From Alphaproteobacteria bacterium (GTDB lineage Bacteria; Pseudomonadota; Alphaproteobacteria; Bin95): a stretch of DNA of 64,000 nucleotides. The translations under genes were made by a program, and so were the position numbers. Of this stretch, positions 55,199 through 64,000 are shown in pieces. The stretch is taken from the NCBI GenBank assembly GCA_963665325.3, contig CAXXWS020000002.1, forward strand, positions 512,001-576,000, in the 5' to 3' direction. Numbering within the stretch: the first letter of the stretch is position 1; each line of letters begins with the position of its first letter. The notes under the pieces are model-generated. The model saw only the letters and a list, made by a program, of their open reading frames with translations, was not told the origin of the DNA and made no database searches.

Positions 55199-56661
55199 AC
55201 GAACCGGCCTCCCCCGCAATGCGCGGCCGTTCGGCCCTGCTGACGGTCGATGAGATGGGCCGGGCCGACCGGCTGGCGGCAGACTATGGGCATTCGGGCT
55301 TCGAGCTGATGCGCAATGCCGGTGCGGCGATCGCCGATGCGGTGCGTCGGCGCTGGAGCCCCCGTCCGGTTCTGGTGCTCGCAGGACCCGGCAATAATGG
55401 CGGCGACGGCTTCATCGCGGCCGAGAGACTGCTCGCCGCAGGCTGGCCGGCGCGGGTGGCGCTGCTCGGCCGGCGGGAGGCGCTCGCCGGGGACGCGACG
55501 GACGCGGCGCGAAGCTGGCCGGGGCCGGTCGAGCCGCTTGGAGTGGAGGCGCTGGGGGACGCCCGGATCGTCATCGACGCCCTGTTCGGGGCCGGGCTGA
55601 AACGGCCTGTCTCCGGCGCTGCAAGGCAGGTCCTGGAGGCGGCAGCGGGCCTGCTGACGGTCGCGGTGGACCTGCCGAGCGGTATTGCGGGAGATACAGG
55701 TGCGGTGCTGGGCCACGCGCCCTGCGCCGAACTGACGGTGACCTTCTTCCGCAAGAAGCCCGGCCACCTGTTGCTGCCGGGACGGTTGCATTGCGGTGAG
55801 GTCGAGGTGGCCGATATCGGCATTCCGGAGGCGGTGCTGGACGAGATCGGACCGTCCGGATTCGAGAATGGGCCGGATTTGTGGACGCTGCCGTTTCCGG
55901 GGCCGGAGAGTCATAAATATACGCGCGGCCATGTGGTCGTCTGGGGCGGAGCGGAAACGACCGGCGCGGCCCGGCTGGCTGCGCGGGGCGCGATGCGCGC
56001 GGGCGCAGGCCTCGTGACCGTTTCCGCGCCGGACGAAGCCTGGCCGGTCTATGCCGCTTCCATGCCGGGGGCGCTGGTCGTGCGGTGCAGCGCGCCGAAG
56101 GACTTTGCCCGTCTGCTGGAGGATGCGCGCAAGAATGCCGTGCTGGTCGGGCCGGGCGCCGGCCTCGGCGCCGAAACCGTCGCTGCTGTGGAAGCGGCCT
56201 GCGCGCGCGCCGGAGGGGTTGTGCTCGACGCCGACGCCCTGACCGCCATGGCGGGGCGGCTGCCGGCAGGCAGGGGCGAAGACGGACTGCTCACGCCCCA
56301 TGACGGCGAGTTCGCGCGCTCGTTCTCCTTCGACGGCGACCGGCTCTCGAGGGCGCGTGCAGCGGCGGCGGCCAGCGGCTGGACCGTATTGCTCAAGGGC
56401 GCGGACAGTGTGATTGCTGCGCCGGACGGGCGCGCGGCAATCTCCGCGAACGCACCGCCCTGGCTGGCGACCGCCGGCAGCGGCGATGTGCTGGCCGGAA
56501 TAGCTGTCGGCCTGATGGCGCAAGGCATGGCTGCGTTCGAGGCTGCGGCTGCGGCAACATGGCTGCATGGAGAGGCGGCTGAAGAGTTCGGGCCGGGCTT
56601 GATTGCAGAGGACTTGCCGAACATGTTGCCGGCCGTTCTTCGCCGGATGTTCGCCGCATGA
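55189..56661 (+). CDS. nnr: Bifunctional NAD(P)H-hydrate epimerase/dehydratase (Nnr/YjeF)
   Basis: GPGNNGGDG, DALFGAG, HKYTRG, DADAL, TPHDGEF, LATAGSGDVLAG. Confidence 0.93.
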   Translation: MGLNEPASPAMRGRSALLTVDEMGRADRLAADYGHSGFELMRNAGAAIADAVRRRWSPRPVLVLAGPGNNGGDGFIAAERLLAAGWPARVALLGRREALAGDATDAARSWPGPVEPLGVEALGDARIVIDALFGAGLKRPVSGAARQVLEAAAGLLTVAVDLPSGIAGDTGAVLGHAPCAELTVTFFRKKPGHLLLPGRLHCGEVEVADIGIPEAVLDEIGPSGFENGPDLWTLPFPGPESHKYTRGHVVVWGGAETTGAARLAARGAMRAGAGLVTVSAPDEAWPVYAASMPGALVVRCSAPKDFARLLEDARKNAVLVGPGAGLGAETVAAVEAACARAGGVVLDADALTAMAGRLPAGRGEDGLLTPHDGEFARSFSFDGDRLSRARAAAAASGWTVLLKGADSVIAAPDGRAAISANAPPWLATAGSGDVLAGIAVGLMAQGMAAFEAAAAATWLHGEAAEEFGPGLIAEDLPNMLPAVLRRMFAA

Positions 56662-58013
56662 ACCAGACTGAAGAAGCAACGGCTTCGACGCTCTTCGACC
56701 GTACGCTGGCGGGGCTGAGGGGGGCTGTACGGGGACTGATCGGCGGCGATATCCTCGATCCGGACCCCGACCTGAAGAAGGGAGATGCCGAGCGCATCCG
56801 GGAACGCCTTTGGGCATGTCTCGAAGGCACGGGCGGCGAAGTCTCGGCCCGCAACCGTGCGGCCGATCTCGGCAAGGCCTACCTTCAGTTGTCGCAGACC
56901 GGCCGCCGCCGCTATCTCACTATACTGGCAACAGAATTCGACCGGGACCCGGCGGCAGTCGAGCAGGCAGCGGCAGCGCTGGCGGCAGCGCCGCCGGAGG
57001 ACCGGGCCGCAGCGGAAGACGCCCTCCGGGATGCGCTCAGCGCTCCTCGCGAACGCCTGCTGCGGCAATTCAATACGCTCGCCGACGGCGCGAAGTTCCT
57101 GGTCGATCTGCGCTACGACCTCATGCGCTTCGCACGCGAGGATGTGGCGCTCTCGGGCCTCGAGAAGGACCTGAAACGCCTGTTGGCGAGCTGGTTCGAT
57201 GTTGGATTTCTGGAGCTCAGGCGGATTGACTGGAATGCCCCGGCGTCGCTGCTGGAGAAACTCATCGACTATGAGGCCGTGCATGCCATCCAGAGCTGGC
57301 AGGACCTCAAGAACCGGCTTGACTCGGATCGCCGCTGCTACGCCTTTTTCCACCCGAGCATGCCCGACGAGCCTCTGATTTTCGTCGAGGTCGCGCTGGA
57401 GGCGGGGCTTGCGGACAATGTTCATGCGCTGCTCGACGAGGAGAGCCCGGTCGGCGATCCGTCGCGCGCCGATACTGCGGTGTTCTATTCGATCTCCAAC
57501 GCCCAGCGCGGCCTTGCCGGCATCGCGTTCGGCGATTTCCTCATCAAGCGCGTCGTGGACGACCTGCGCGCCGAGCTGCCCAATCTCAAGACCTTCGCCA
57601 CGCTTTCCCCGATTCCCGGTTTCTCGCGTTGGCTCGAGAACAATCCCGACGAAGCCGTCGATACCGCCCTGGCGAAACCGGGATGGTGGGAGGACCCGGA
57701 GACTGCCGAGGCGGCAAAGGGGCCGGTTCTGCGGGCGGTGGCGCGCTATCTCGTCCACGCTAGGCGCAGGGGCCGGGCGGCTGATCCGGTCGCGCATTTC
57801 CACCTCTCCAACGGGGCGCGCATGGAACGGCTGAACTGGATGGCAAATGTCTCCGAAGCCGGGCGCGCCCAGTCCTCCGGCGTCATGATCAACTACCTCT
57901 ACAGAAGCGACATGATCGAAGCGAACCACGAGGCCTACAAGGGCGAGGGGCGGATTGCGATGTCTTCGGCGGTGCGTGCGCTGGCCGGGAAGCGGGAGAA
58001 CAAGGCCCGATGA
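56658..58013 (+). CDS. Malonyl-CoA decarboxylase
   Basis: [48 protein letters not shown]. Confidence 0.95.
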   Translation: MNQTEEATASTLFDRTLAGLRGAVRGLIGGDILDPDPDLKKGDAERIRERLWACLEGTGGEVSARNRAADLGKAYLQLSQTGRRRYLTILATEFDRDPAAVEQAAAALAAAPPEDRAAAEDALRDALSAPRERLLRQFNTLADGAKFLVDLRYDLMRFAREDVALSGLEKDLKRLLASWFDVGFLELRRIDWNAPASLLEKLIDYEAVHAIQSWQDLKNRLDSDRRCYAFFHPSMPDEPLIFVEVALEAGLADNVHALLDEESPVGDPSRADTAVFYSISNAQRGLAGIAFGDFLIKRVVDDLRAELPNLKTFATLSPIPGFSRWLENNPDEAVDTALAKPGWWEDPETAEAAKGPVLRAVARYLVHARRRGRAADPVAHFHLSNGARMERLNWMANVSEAGRAQSSGVMINYLYRSDMIEANHEAYKGEGRIAMSSAVRALAGKRENKAR

Positions 58014-58744
58014 CCGCCGCCCGCCGCCGGCTCATTGCCGGCAACTGGAAAATGAACGGCCTCGCCGCCGACGGCCTCGTTCTGGCGCGTTCCCTCGCGG
58101 CGGCGCCGGAAGGGGCGGCGGAACTCCTGGTCTGTCCGCCCGCGACCCTGCTGGCCCAGGTCGCATCGGTGCTGTCAGGCAGCCCGGTAGCACTCGGCGG
58201 GCAGGACTGCCATGTGGAGGAGTCCGGGGCGCATACCGGCGACATTTCGGCGGAAATGCTGGTCGATGCCGGCTGCTCTCATGTCATTACCGGCCACTCC
58301 GAGCGCCGCGCCGACCATGGCGAAACGGATGCGGTCGTGCGCGCAAAGGCGGCAGCCGCGCACCGGGTGGGCCTCATCGCCATCGTCTGCGTCGGCGAGA
58401 CGGCAGAAGAGCGCGATGCGGGTGAGACCGAAGCAGTGGTTGCCGCGAGCCTGCTCGGTTCCCTGCCGGAGAGCGCCCGGCCGGAGAACACGGTTGTTGC
58501 GTATGAGCCGGTCTGGGCCATCGGCACCGGGCGCACGCCGACCGTGGATGAAGTCGTTGCCGTCCACGCCGCGCTCCGCGCAGCACTCGGCGAGCGGGGT
58601 GGGGCAACGCGCATCCTATACGGCGGCTCGGTCAAGCCCGACAACGCGGCCGCTCTGCTCGCGTCCTATGACGTGGACGGTGCGCTGGTCGGCGGCGCAA
58701 GCCTTTCCGCGGCCGATTTCCTTGCCATCGCCGGGGCGGTCTGA
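58010..58744 (+). CDS. tpiA: Triosephosphate isomerase
   Basis: [36 protein letters not shown]. Confidence 0.98.
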   Translation: MTAARRRLIAGNWKMNGLAADGLVLARSLAAAPEGAAELLVCPPATLLAQVASVLSGSPVALGGQDCHVEESGAHTGDISAEMLVDAGCSHVITGHSERRADHGETDAVVRAKAAAAHRVGLIAIVCVGETAEERDAGETEAVVAASLLGSLPESARPENTVVAYEPVWAIGTGRTPTVDEVVAVHAALRAALGERGGATRILYGGSVKPDNAAALLASYDVDGALVGGASLSAADFLAIAGAV

Positions 58745-59760
58745 GCGCCCGCGCGGGCCAGATCGATCAGGGCGCGTTCGGCGATTGCCCGGTCCGGCAG
58801 GCCGGTTGTCTTGCAGTCGATTTCGGCCCGGTTGAGCCGCGCAAGCGCAGCAAGGATCCGGCCTTGCGGCCAGCGCCGGAGCTGGCTGCGGAATGCGTCC
58901 CGGCGGCGGAAGAAGACCGGCGGGCGCAGGCGGGTCATAACGCTTTGCGCGTCCGTGCCGGCGGCTATGAGGGATTGCGCCGCATCCAGGCGCTGGAAGT
59001 GACGGCCGACGGCCCGGAGGATCGATACGGGCGCCGTCGTCTCCGCCGCCGCCCGGTCGAGGGCGGTCGAAAGCGCGGCGAGGTTGCCGGCGCCCGTGGC
59101 GAAGGCGATGTCGTCGAGGGAAAGCACCGCGGAGTCGCCGATGCAGGCCACGGCATCCTCGAGCGCTATCGTCCCGCCCTCGCCGGCATAAAGCGCGAGC
59201 TTCTCCGCCTCCATGCGGGTCGTTATCCGGTCGTTGCCGAGGTGGTTGGCGGCGAAAGCGAGCGCATCGGGCTCGATCCTGGCGCCGGCGCTCCGCACGG
59301 CATGCTCCACCAGCCGGGCGACGGTGTCGTCGTCATCGGCGTAGCAGGGCAGGGCGGCGGCGCGGTCGTGCGATTCCGCCAGTCGGCGCAGTTTCGAGCG
59401 CGGCGGAAGGTCGCCCGCCTCGACCACGATGAGCGCGTCAGCGGCGGGGCCGTCCAGCACGGCTTCAAGCGCCTTCTCGCAATCGTCCCCGGCGGCGCGC
59501 AGTCGTATCAGCCGCGTGCCGCCGGTGAACGAAATGGCCGTCGCCTCATCGGCCAGCCGGGCCGGGTCTGCCTTCAGGTCGGGCCCGGTCAATCCGGCGA
59601 CCCGGAAGGGATCCTGGATATCCTCCACGACCTGGCCGGCCAGCAGGCGGGCGCGTTCCCGCACCAGCCCTTCGTCGGGTCCGTAGAGAACCACCGCGAG
59701 CAGTTCCGGCGGCGGCGGATTGCGGAGGAACGCGGCGATCTGCCGGCCGGACAGCTTCAC
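58666..59760 (-). CDS. holA: DNA polymerase III delta subunit
   Basis: [30 protein letters not shown]; in leuS-lptE-holA order. Confidence 0.92.
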   Translation of the reverse strand: MKLSGRQIAAFLRNPPPPELLAVVLYGPDEGLVRERARLLAGQVVEDIQDPFRVAGLTGPDLKADPARLADEATAISFTGGTRLIRLRAAGDDCEKALEAVLDGPAADALIVVEAGDLPPRSKLRRLAESHDRAAALPCYADDDDTVARLVEHAVRSAGARIEPDALAFAANHLGNDRITTRMEAEKLALYAGEGGTIALEDAVACIGDSAVLSLDDIAFATGAGNLAALSTALDRAAAETTAPVSILRAVGRHFQRLDAAQSLIAAGTDAQSVMTRLRPPVFFRRRDAFRSQLRRWPQGRILAALARLNRAEIDCKTTGLPDRAIAERALIDLARAGAQTAPAMARKSAAERLAPPTSAPSTS

Positions 59761-60284
59761 CCTGCCTTTTCCCCGCTGCGGAAGAAAAGCGCGAGCCGCC
59801 GGGCGATCTGGCCGCTCAACGCATCGACGCCGCGCTCGCGGGCCGCACGCTCCGCCGCCCGCGTTGCAAAGGCGGACTGCAGGACATCGTGGCTGTGGAC
59901 CGAGCGCGCCCATCCCCGCAATGTCGGCCGGTCACCGCCCCGCTTTGTGAGTTCGAACTCGGCAGTGAGTGTCAGGTCGGAGCGGGTTACGGTTTCGCTC
60001 CTGCCGACGAGCGCGCCCGCCGACGTCGAGCGCAGCCGCACGCGCAACCGGTACTCTGCGGGAAGGCGAGGCCCGCCAGGGGCGAGGCGTTCTTCCAGAC
60101 GCCGACTCAACAGGAGGCCGATGCGGTCCGGAATCGGCTCCACTTCCACCTGCGCCATGAGGGCCGTGACATCCGGACTCTGCTGAGGTCGGCGCGCGTG
60201 GACGGGCTCGAGCGTGCAGCCGGCAAGCATTACGCCGAGCAGCAGTCCGGCGACGGCGGCTGCGAGCTTGTCAGGCCACGACAT
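59757..60284 (-). CDS. lptE: LPS assembly lipoprotein LptE
   Basis: Lipobox LAGC followed by .L.PV; lies between leuS and holA. Confidence 0.82.
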   Translation of the reverse strand: MSWPDKLAAAVAGLLLGVMLAGCTLEPVHARRPQQSPDVTALMAQVEVEPIPDRIGLLLSRRLEERLAPGGPRLPAEYRLRVRLRSTSAGALVGRSETVTRSDLTLTAEFELTKRGGDRPTLRGWARSVHSHDVLQSAFATRAAERAARERGVDALSGQIARRLALFFRSGEKAG

Positions 60285-62823
60285 TGACGATCTTGTCGGG
60301 CACGACGACGACGCGGCGGGGCGGCCGGCCGTCCAGCTGTTTCTGGACACCGGCGAGCGCAAGCGCCGCCGACTCGACGTCTGCTGTCTGCGAGCCGCGC
60401 GCGACCTCCAGCTGGCCACGCAGCTTTCCGTTCACCTGCACGGGAAGCACCACAATGTCCTCCACAAGCCGCGCAGGGTCGGCTGTCGGCCAGGGCTGAT
60501 CCGAGAGCAGGCCTTCTCCGCCGAGCCTTCGCCAACAGCTCTCCGCCAGATGCGGCGTCATCGGCGCGATCAGGCGCACGGCGGTTTCGATGCCTTCCCG
60601 ATAGGCTGCCGCCATGGCGGGGGCAGTGGCTGGCAGGGCGTCAGCCAAGGCGTTGGTGAGTTCGCGAACCCGCGCCACCGCCCGGTTGAAATGGAAACGT
60701 TCGAGGTCGCCGGTAATCGCATCGACCGTCTTGTGCGTAGCGTTCCGTAATGCCTCGGCCTCGGGGTCGGTTCCCGGACTCGCAGGCGCCTCGGGTGCTT
60801 CGTCAACCAGCCGCCAGAGCCGGTTGAGGTAGCGCCACGCGCCCTCGACGCCCGCTTCCGTCCAGTCCAGGTCGCGTGCCGGCGGACTGTCCGAGAGCAT
60901 GAACAGCCGGGCCACATCGGCGCCGTAACGTTCGATGATCTCTTCTGGGTCGACGACGTTCTTCTTCGACTTGCTCATTTTCTCGGAGCGTCCGACTGCT
61001 ACCGATGCACCGTCCGACAACTGCCGTTTGCCGCCCTTACCGTCATCTTCCACCTCGTTCGGCTGCAGCCAGCTTCCGTTCGGCGCGCGGTACGTCTCGT
61101 GACACACCATTCCCTGGGTAAACAGGCCGGCGAATGGCTCATCGACCCCGATATAGCCGCATTCCTTCATCGCCCGGCTAAAGAACCGGGAATACAGAAG
61201 GTGCAGCACGGCATGCTCGATGCCGCCGATATACTGGTCCACGGGCATCCAGTAATCGACCGCCTCGCGGTCGAAGGGCCGGTCGTCGACGCCCGGCGAG
61301 CAATAACGGGCGAAATACCAAGACGACTCGAAGAACGTATCGAAGGTATCGGTTTCGCGCTCGGCGGGCGCGCCGCAGGACGGGCAGGCGACATGCTTCC
61401 AGGCCGGGTGCCGGTCCAGTGGATTGCCCGGCGCGTCGAAGGTCACGTCTTCGGGCAGCGTCACGGGAAGGTCTGTGCGGGGAACCGGCACGATGCCGCA
61501 AGCGCCGCAATGGATGACCGGGACCGGGCAACCCCAGTAACGCTGCCGCGAGACGCCCCAGTCGCGCAGGCGGTACTGGACAGTGCGCTCGCCGGAGCCG
61601 AGCGCCTCCAGCCGTTCGCCCATCTCCCGTTTGGCCTCCGGCACATCGAGCCCGTCCAGGAAGGCCGAGTTGATGAGCCGCCCGTCGCCGGTATAGGCCT
61701 CCATCCCGATTTCGAAGCCCGACGGGTCCGCATCCGGCGGGCAGACGACGGGAAGCACGGGCAGCCCGTAGGCGCGAGCGAAGTCGAGGTCTCGCTGGTC
61801 GTGGGCGGGACAGCCGAAAATGGCGCCGCTGCCATATTCCATGAGCACGAAATTCGCGACATAGACGGGCAATTCCAGGCTGTCGTCGAAGGGATGCAGC
61901 GCGCGCAGCCCGATGTCCCGCCCGCGCTTTTCCGCCTGTTCGATCGCCGCCTCGCTGGTGCCGAGGCTGCGGCACTCGGCGATGAAGGCCTCCATCTCCG
62001 GGTCTCTGGCCGCGATTTCCTGCGCCAGCTTGTGGTCCGGCGAGACCGCCATGAAGGAAGCGCCGAACAGCGTGTCGTGCCGTGTGGTGAAGACTTCGAG
62101 CACATCGTCGCGGCCTTTGAGGCCGAAGCCGACGCGGGCGCCGTTGGACCGGCCGATCCAGTTCGCCTGCATCAGCCGCACGCGGTCCGGCCATCGGTCC
62201 AGCCCGTCCAGTGCGTCCAGCAACTCGTCGCTATAGGCGGTGATCTTGAGGAACCATTGGGCAAGTTCACGCCGCTCGACCGGCGCGCCCGAGCGCCAGC
62301 CATGACCGTCGATCACCTGCTCGTTGGCGAGCACGGTGTTCTCGACCGGGTCCCAATTGACCCAGGACTTGCGCCGGTATGCGAGCCCCTTGTCCAGGAA
62401 GTCCAGGAACATCGCCTGCTCATGCTTGAAGTATTCCGGCTCGCAGGTCGAGAGTTCCCTGTCCCAGTCGTAGGAAAGGCCCATGGTCGAGAGCTGCGCC
62501 TTCATCGTCGCGATGTTCCGGCGCGTCCACACGCCCGGATGGACGCCGGCCTCGAAGGCGGCGTTCTCCGCCGGCAGTCCGAAGGCATCCCAACCCATAG
62601 GGTGAAGCACGTTGAAGCCGCGCGCTCGCTTGTAGCGGGCGACCACATCGCCCAGCGTGAAATTGCGCACATGGCCCATATGGATGCGCCCTGAAGGGTA
62701 GGGGAACATCTCCATCACATAGTATTTCGGGCGCGCAGCATCCTCGCGGGCGGTGAAACAGCCGGCTTCTTCCCATTGCCGGCGCCAGTAAGGCTCGGCT
62801 TCCCGGTGATCGTATCGGGCCAT
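60271..62823 (-). CDS. leuS: Leucine--tRNA ligase
   Basis: [30 protein letters not shown]. Confidence 0.98.
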   Translation of the reverse strand: MARYDHREAEPYWRRQWEEAGCFTAREDAARPKYYVMEMFPYPSGRIHMGHVRNFTLGDVVARYKRARGFNVLHPMGWDAFGLPAENAAFEAGVHPGVWTRRNIATMKAQLSTMGLSYDWDRELSTCEPEYFKHEQAMFLDFLDKGLAYRRKSWVNWDPVENTVLANEQVIDGHGWRSGAPVERRELAQWFLKITAYSDELLDALDGLDRWPDRVRLMQANWIGRSNGARVGFGLKGRDDVLEVFTTRHDTLFGASFMAVSPDHKLAQEIAARDPEMEAFIAECRSLGTSEAAIEQAEKRGRDIGLRALHPFDDSLELPVYVANFVLMEYGSGAIFGCPAHDQRDLDFARAYGLPVLPVVCPPDADPSGFEIGMEAYTGDGRLINSAFLDGLDVPEAKREMGERLEALGSGERTVQYRLRDWGVSRQRYWGCPVPVIHCGACGIVPVPRTDLPVTLPEDVTFDAPGNPLDRHPAWKHVACPSCGAPAERETDTFDTFFESSWYFARYCSPGVDDRPFDREAVDYWMPVDQYIGGIEHAVLHLLYSRFFSRAMKECGYIGVDEPFAGLFTQGMVCHETYRAPNGSWLQPNEVEDDGKGGKRQLSDGASVAVGRSEKMSKSKKNVVDPEEIIERYGADVARLFMLSDSPPARDLDWTEAGVEGAWRYLNRLWRLVDEAPEAPASPGTDPEAEALRNATHKTVDAITGDLERFHFNRAVARVRELTNALADALPATAPAMAAAYREGIETAVRLIAPMTPHLAESCWRRLGGEGLLSDQPWPTADPARLVEDIVVLPVQVNGKLRGQLEVARGSQTADVESAALALAGVQKQLDGRPPRRVVVVPDKIVNVVA

Positions 62824-62847
62824 GAAGGCGCTCCGTGCTCCCGGATG

Positions 62848-63378
62848 CTACAGGCTGGCGATGCGCAGCTCCCGCGCCCGGGCCAGGATGTTGTTCTCGA
62901 TGTCGGTATGCGTCGTGCCGCCCACCGTCGCATCGACCCAGCCGGCCTCGCCCTTCTCCTGTCGGAATACCGCGACTTTCAGGCCGTCGGCGCGAAGCCG
63001 CTTGTCGAGAATGTACACCGTGACCTTGAAGCGTTCGTCGGGCGTTTCGGGCGGCGCGAACCAGTCGGTGATGATGACGCCGCCGAAGGGGTCCGCGGAC
63101 GCCAGCGGCATGAACGACAATGTGTCGAGCGAAGCCCGCCAGAGGAAGCTGTTGACGCCGATTCCCGAGCCCCCGCCCTGTTCCCGGTCTCCGCCCAGGA
63201 GATTGATGCCGCCCTCGCCGAAAATCCCCTGCGCGCCGCCCTTCGGACGATAGCTGGAGCCGTCGCTCCCCGGCAGGTGACGGTACAGGGGGTCCGGATA
63301 ATCGTGCTCTACCTTGGAATCGCCGCAACCGGCCAGAAGCGCGGCAACGGCAGCGGCGACGAGATAGGAACGGATCAT
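62848..63378 (-). CDS. DUF3576-like alphaproteobacterial lipoprotein
   Basis: LAGC lipobox; GVNSFLWRASLDTLSFMPLASADPFGGVIITDW. Confidence 0.85.
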   Translation of the reverse strand: MIRSYLVAAAVAALLAGCGDSKVEHDYPDPLYRHLPGSDGSSYRPKGGAQGIFGEGGINLLGGDREQGGGSGIGVNSFLWRASLDTLSFMPLASADPFGGVIITDWFAPPETPDERFKVTVYILDKRLRADGLKVAVFRQEKGEAGWVDATVGGTTHTDIENNILARARELRIASL

Positions 63379-63474
63379 AAAATTTCTCGCGGTGTTGGCA
63401 CCGGCGCGAGTGTAGCATAATCCATAGTTCAGTTCGAAGACCGCCCGGTCGAGTTTGCCTGTCCCGTTTGGGCG

Positions 63475-63503
63475 TTGACGCCGGGGGACCGGATTCTGTA
63501 AGT
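63475..63503 (+). promoter_or_regulatory. Sigma70 promoter for tRNA-Ser
   Basis: TTGACG-17 nt-TAAGTC, ending 14 nt upstream of the tRNA. Confidence 0.5.
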
Positions 63504-63517
63504 CTCGCCCGCTTTCG

Positions 63518-63607
63518 GGACAGGTGGGTGAGTGGCTTAAACCAGCGGATTGCTAATCCGCCATACCCAACAGGGTATCGAGGGTTCGAATCCCTCCCTG
63601 TCCGCCA
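63518..63607 (+). tRNA. tRNA-Ser(GCT)
   Basis: Acceptor GGACAGG/CCTGTCC, anticodon arm GCGGA-TTGCTAA-TCCGC, long variable arm, GCCA end. Confidence 0.97.
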
Positions 63608-63709
63608 GCTCACTGTCCTTCTCGATTTCGCGCCGACGAGCGTTGCGGCGGCGCCTACGGCCGTGCGTTCCAGGCGTCCGGCAGCTGAAGCGCTATCCAG
63701 GAGGTTTGC

Positions 63710-64000
63710 ATGATCCGCAAGTTCACCACCGTGTATCCGGGCCATATCGACCTGCCAGACCGGGGGCAGGGCGCGACTCCTGCCAACGAGCGCCGCTACT
63801 CGAACGAGGAGCTCGCGTCCGTGTTTGCCAAGACGGATGCGGTGGCGAGGAAGCTGGACGAGATCGGCTTCGACACGCTCTGGCTGGCCGAGCACCATTT
63901 CCAGCACGAAGGCTATGAGTGCATCCCGAACATCCTCATGTGCGCGGTGCATCTGGCCCATATCACGCGCGCGCTGAAGATCGGCTGCGGCTTCAACATC
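63710..64000 (+). CDS. LLM-class flavin-dependent oxidoreductase (partial)
   Basis: GGAGG RBS; MIRKF...GFDTLWLAEHHFQHEGYECIPN; runs off the right edge. Confidence 0.88.
   Translation, partial: MIRKFTTVYPGHIDLPDRGQGATPANERRYSNEELASVFAKTDAVARKLDEIGFDTLWLAEHHFQHEGYECIPNILMCAVHLAHITRALKIGCGFNI

Noticed and set aside
54407-63607. tRNA-His or tRNA-Ser as the element's integration site
   Set aside because: Both are flanked by host genes; no duplicated 3' end or integrase nearby.

Overview
The window has two parts. Positions 1 to about 35,270 are a very GC-rich, minus-strand, translationally coupled conjugation super-operon. It joins a type IVb ('thin') pilus set (PilN, PilO, PilP, PilQ, PilR, PilS, two PilV-like, prepilin peptidase, two TcpQ/PilL-like) to a Dot/Icm-type (IncI/MPF-I-like) type IVB secretion set (DotD, DotC, DotB, IcmT, DsbG-like, two DotI, DotH, probable DotG start), plus ssb, HU and an RHH protein. 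Unusual cargo is interleaved: two TbpB-barrel lipoproteins (one with an inserted thermonuclease domain), a family of unknown membrane proteins, three antisense DUF1640/CCDC90-like genes bracketing a variable secreted-protein cassette, and pilins that all lack Glu5. pilR is split by a 4,384-bp TG...CA transposon with a 5-bp target duplication. That transposon carries a DDE transposase, an ExeA-like ATPase, a Zn-ribbon protein and a RepA/AAA_25-type ATPase followed by ori-like inverted repeats. The element abuts a 5'-truncated isocitrate/isopropylmalate dehydrogenase. Positions 35,300-64,000 are alphaproteobacterial chromosome (glnE, amtB, glnA, glnB, phnM, nnr, malonyl-CoA decarboxylase, tpiA, holA, lptE, leuS, tRNA-His, tRNA-Ser) with two copies of a roughly 400-bp non-coding repeat. 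All calls come from reading motifs by eye; no database search was run. No integrase, relaxase, coupling protein or CRISPR array was recognised in this window.
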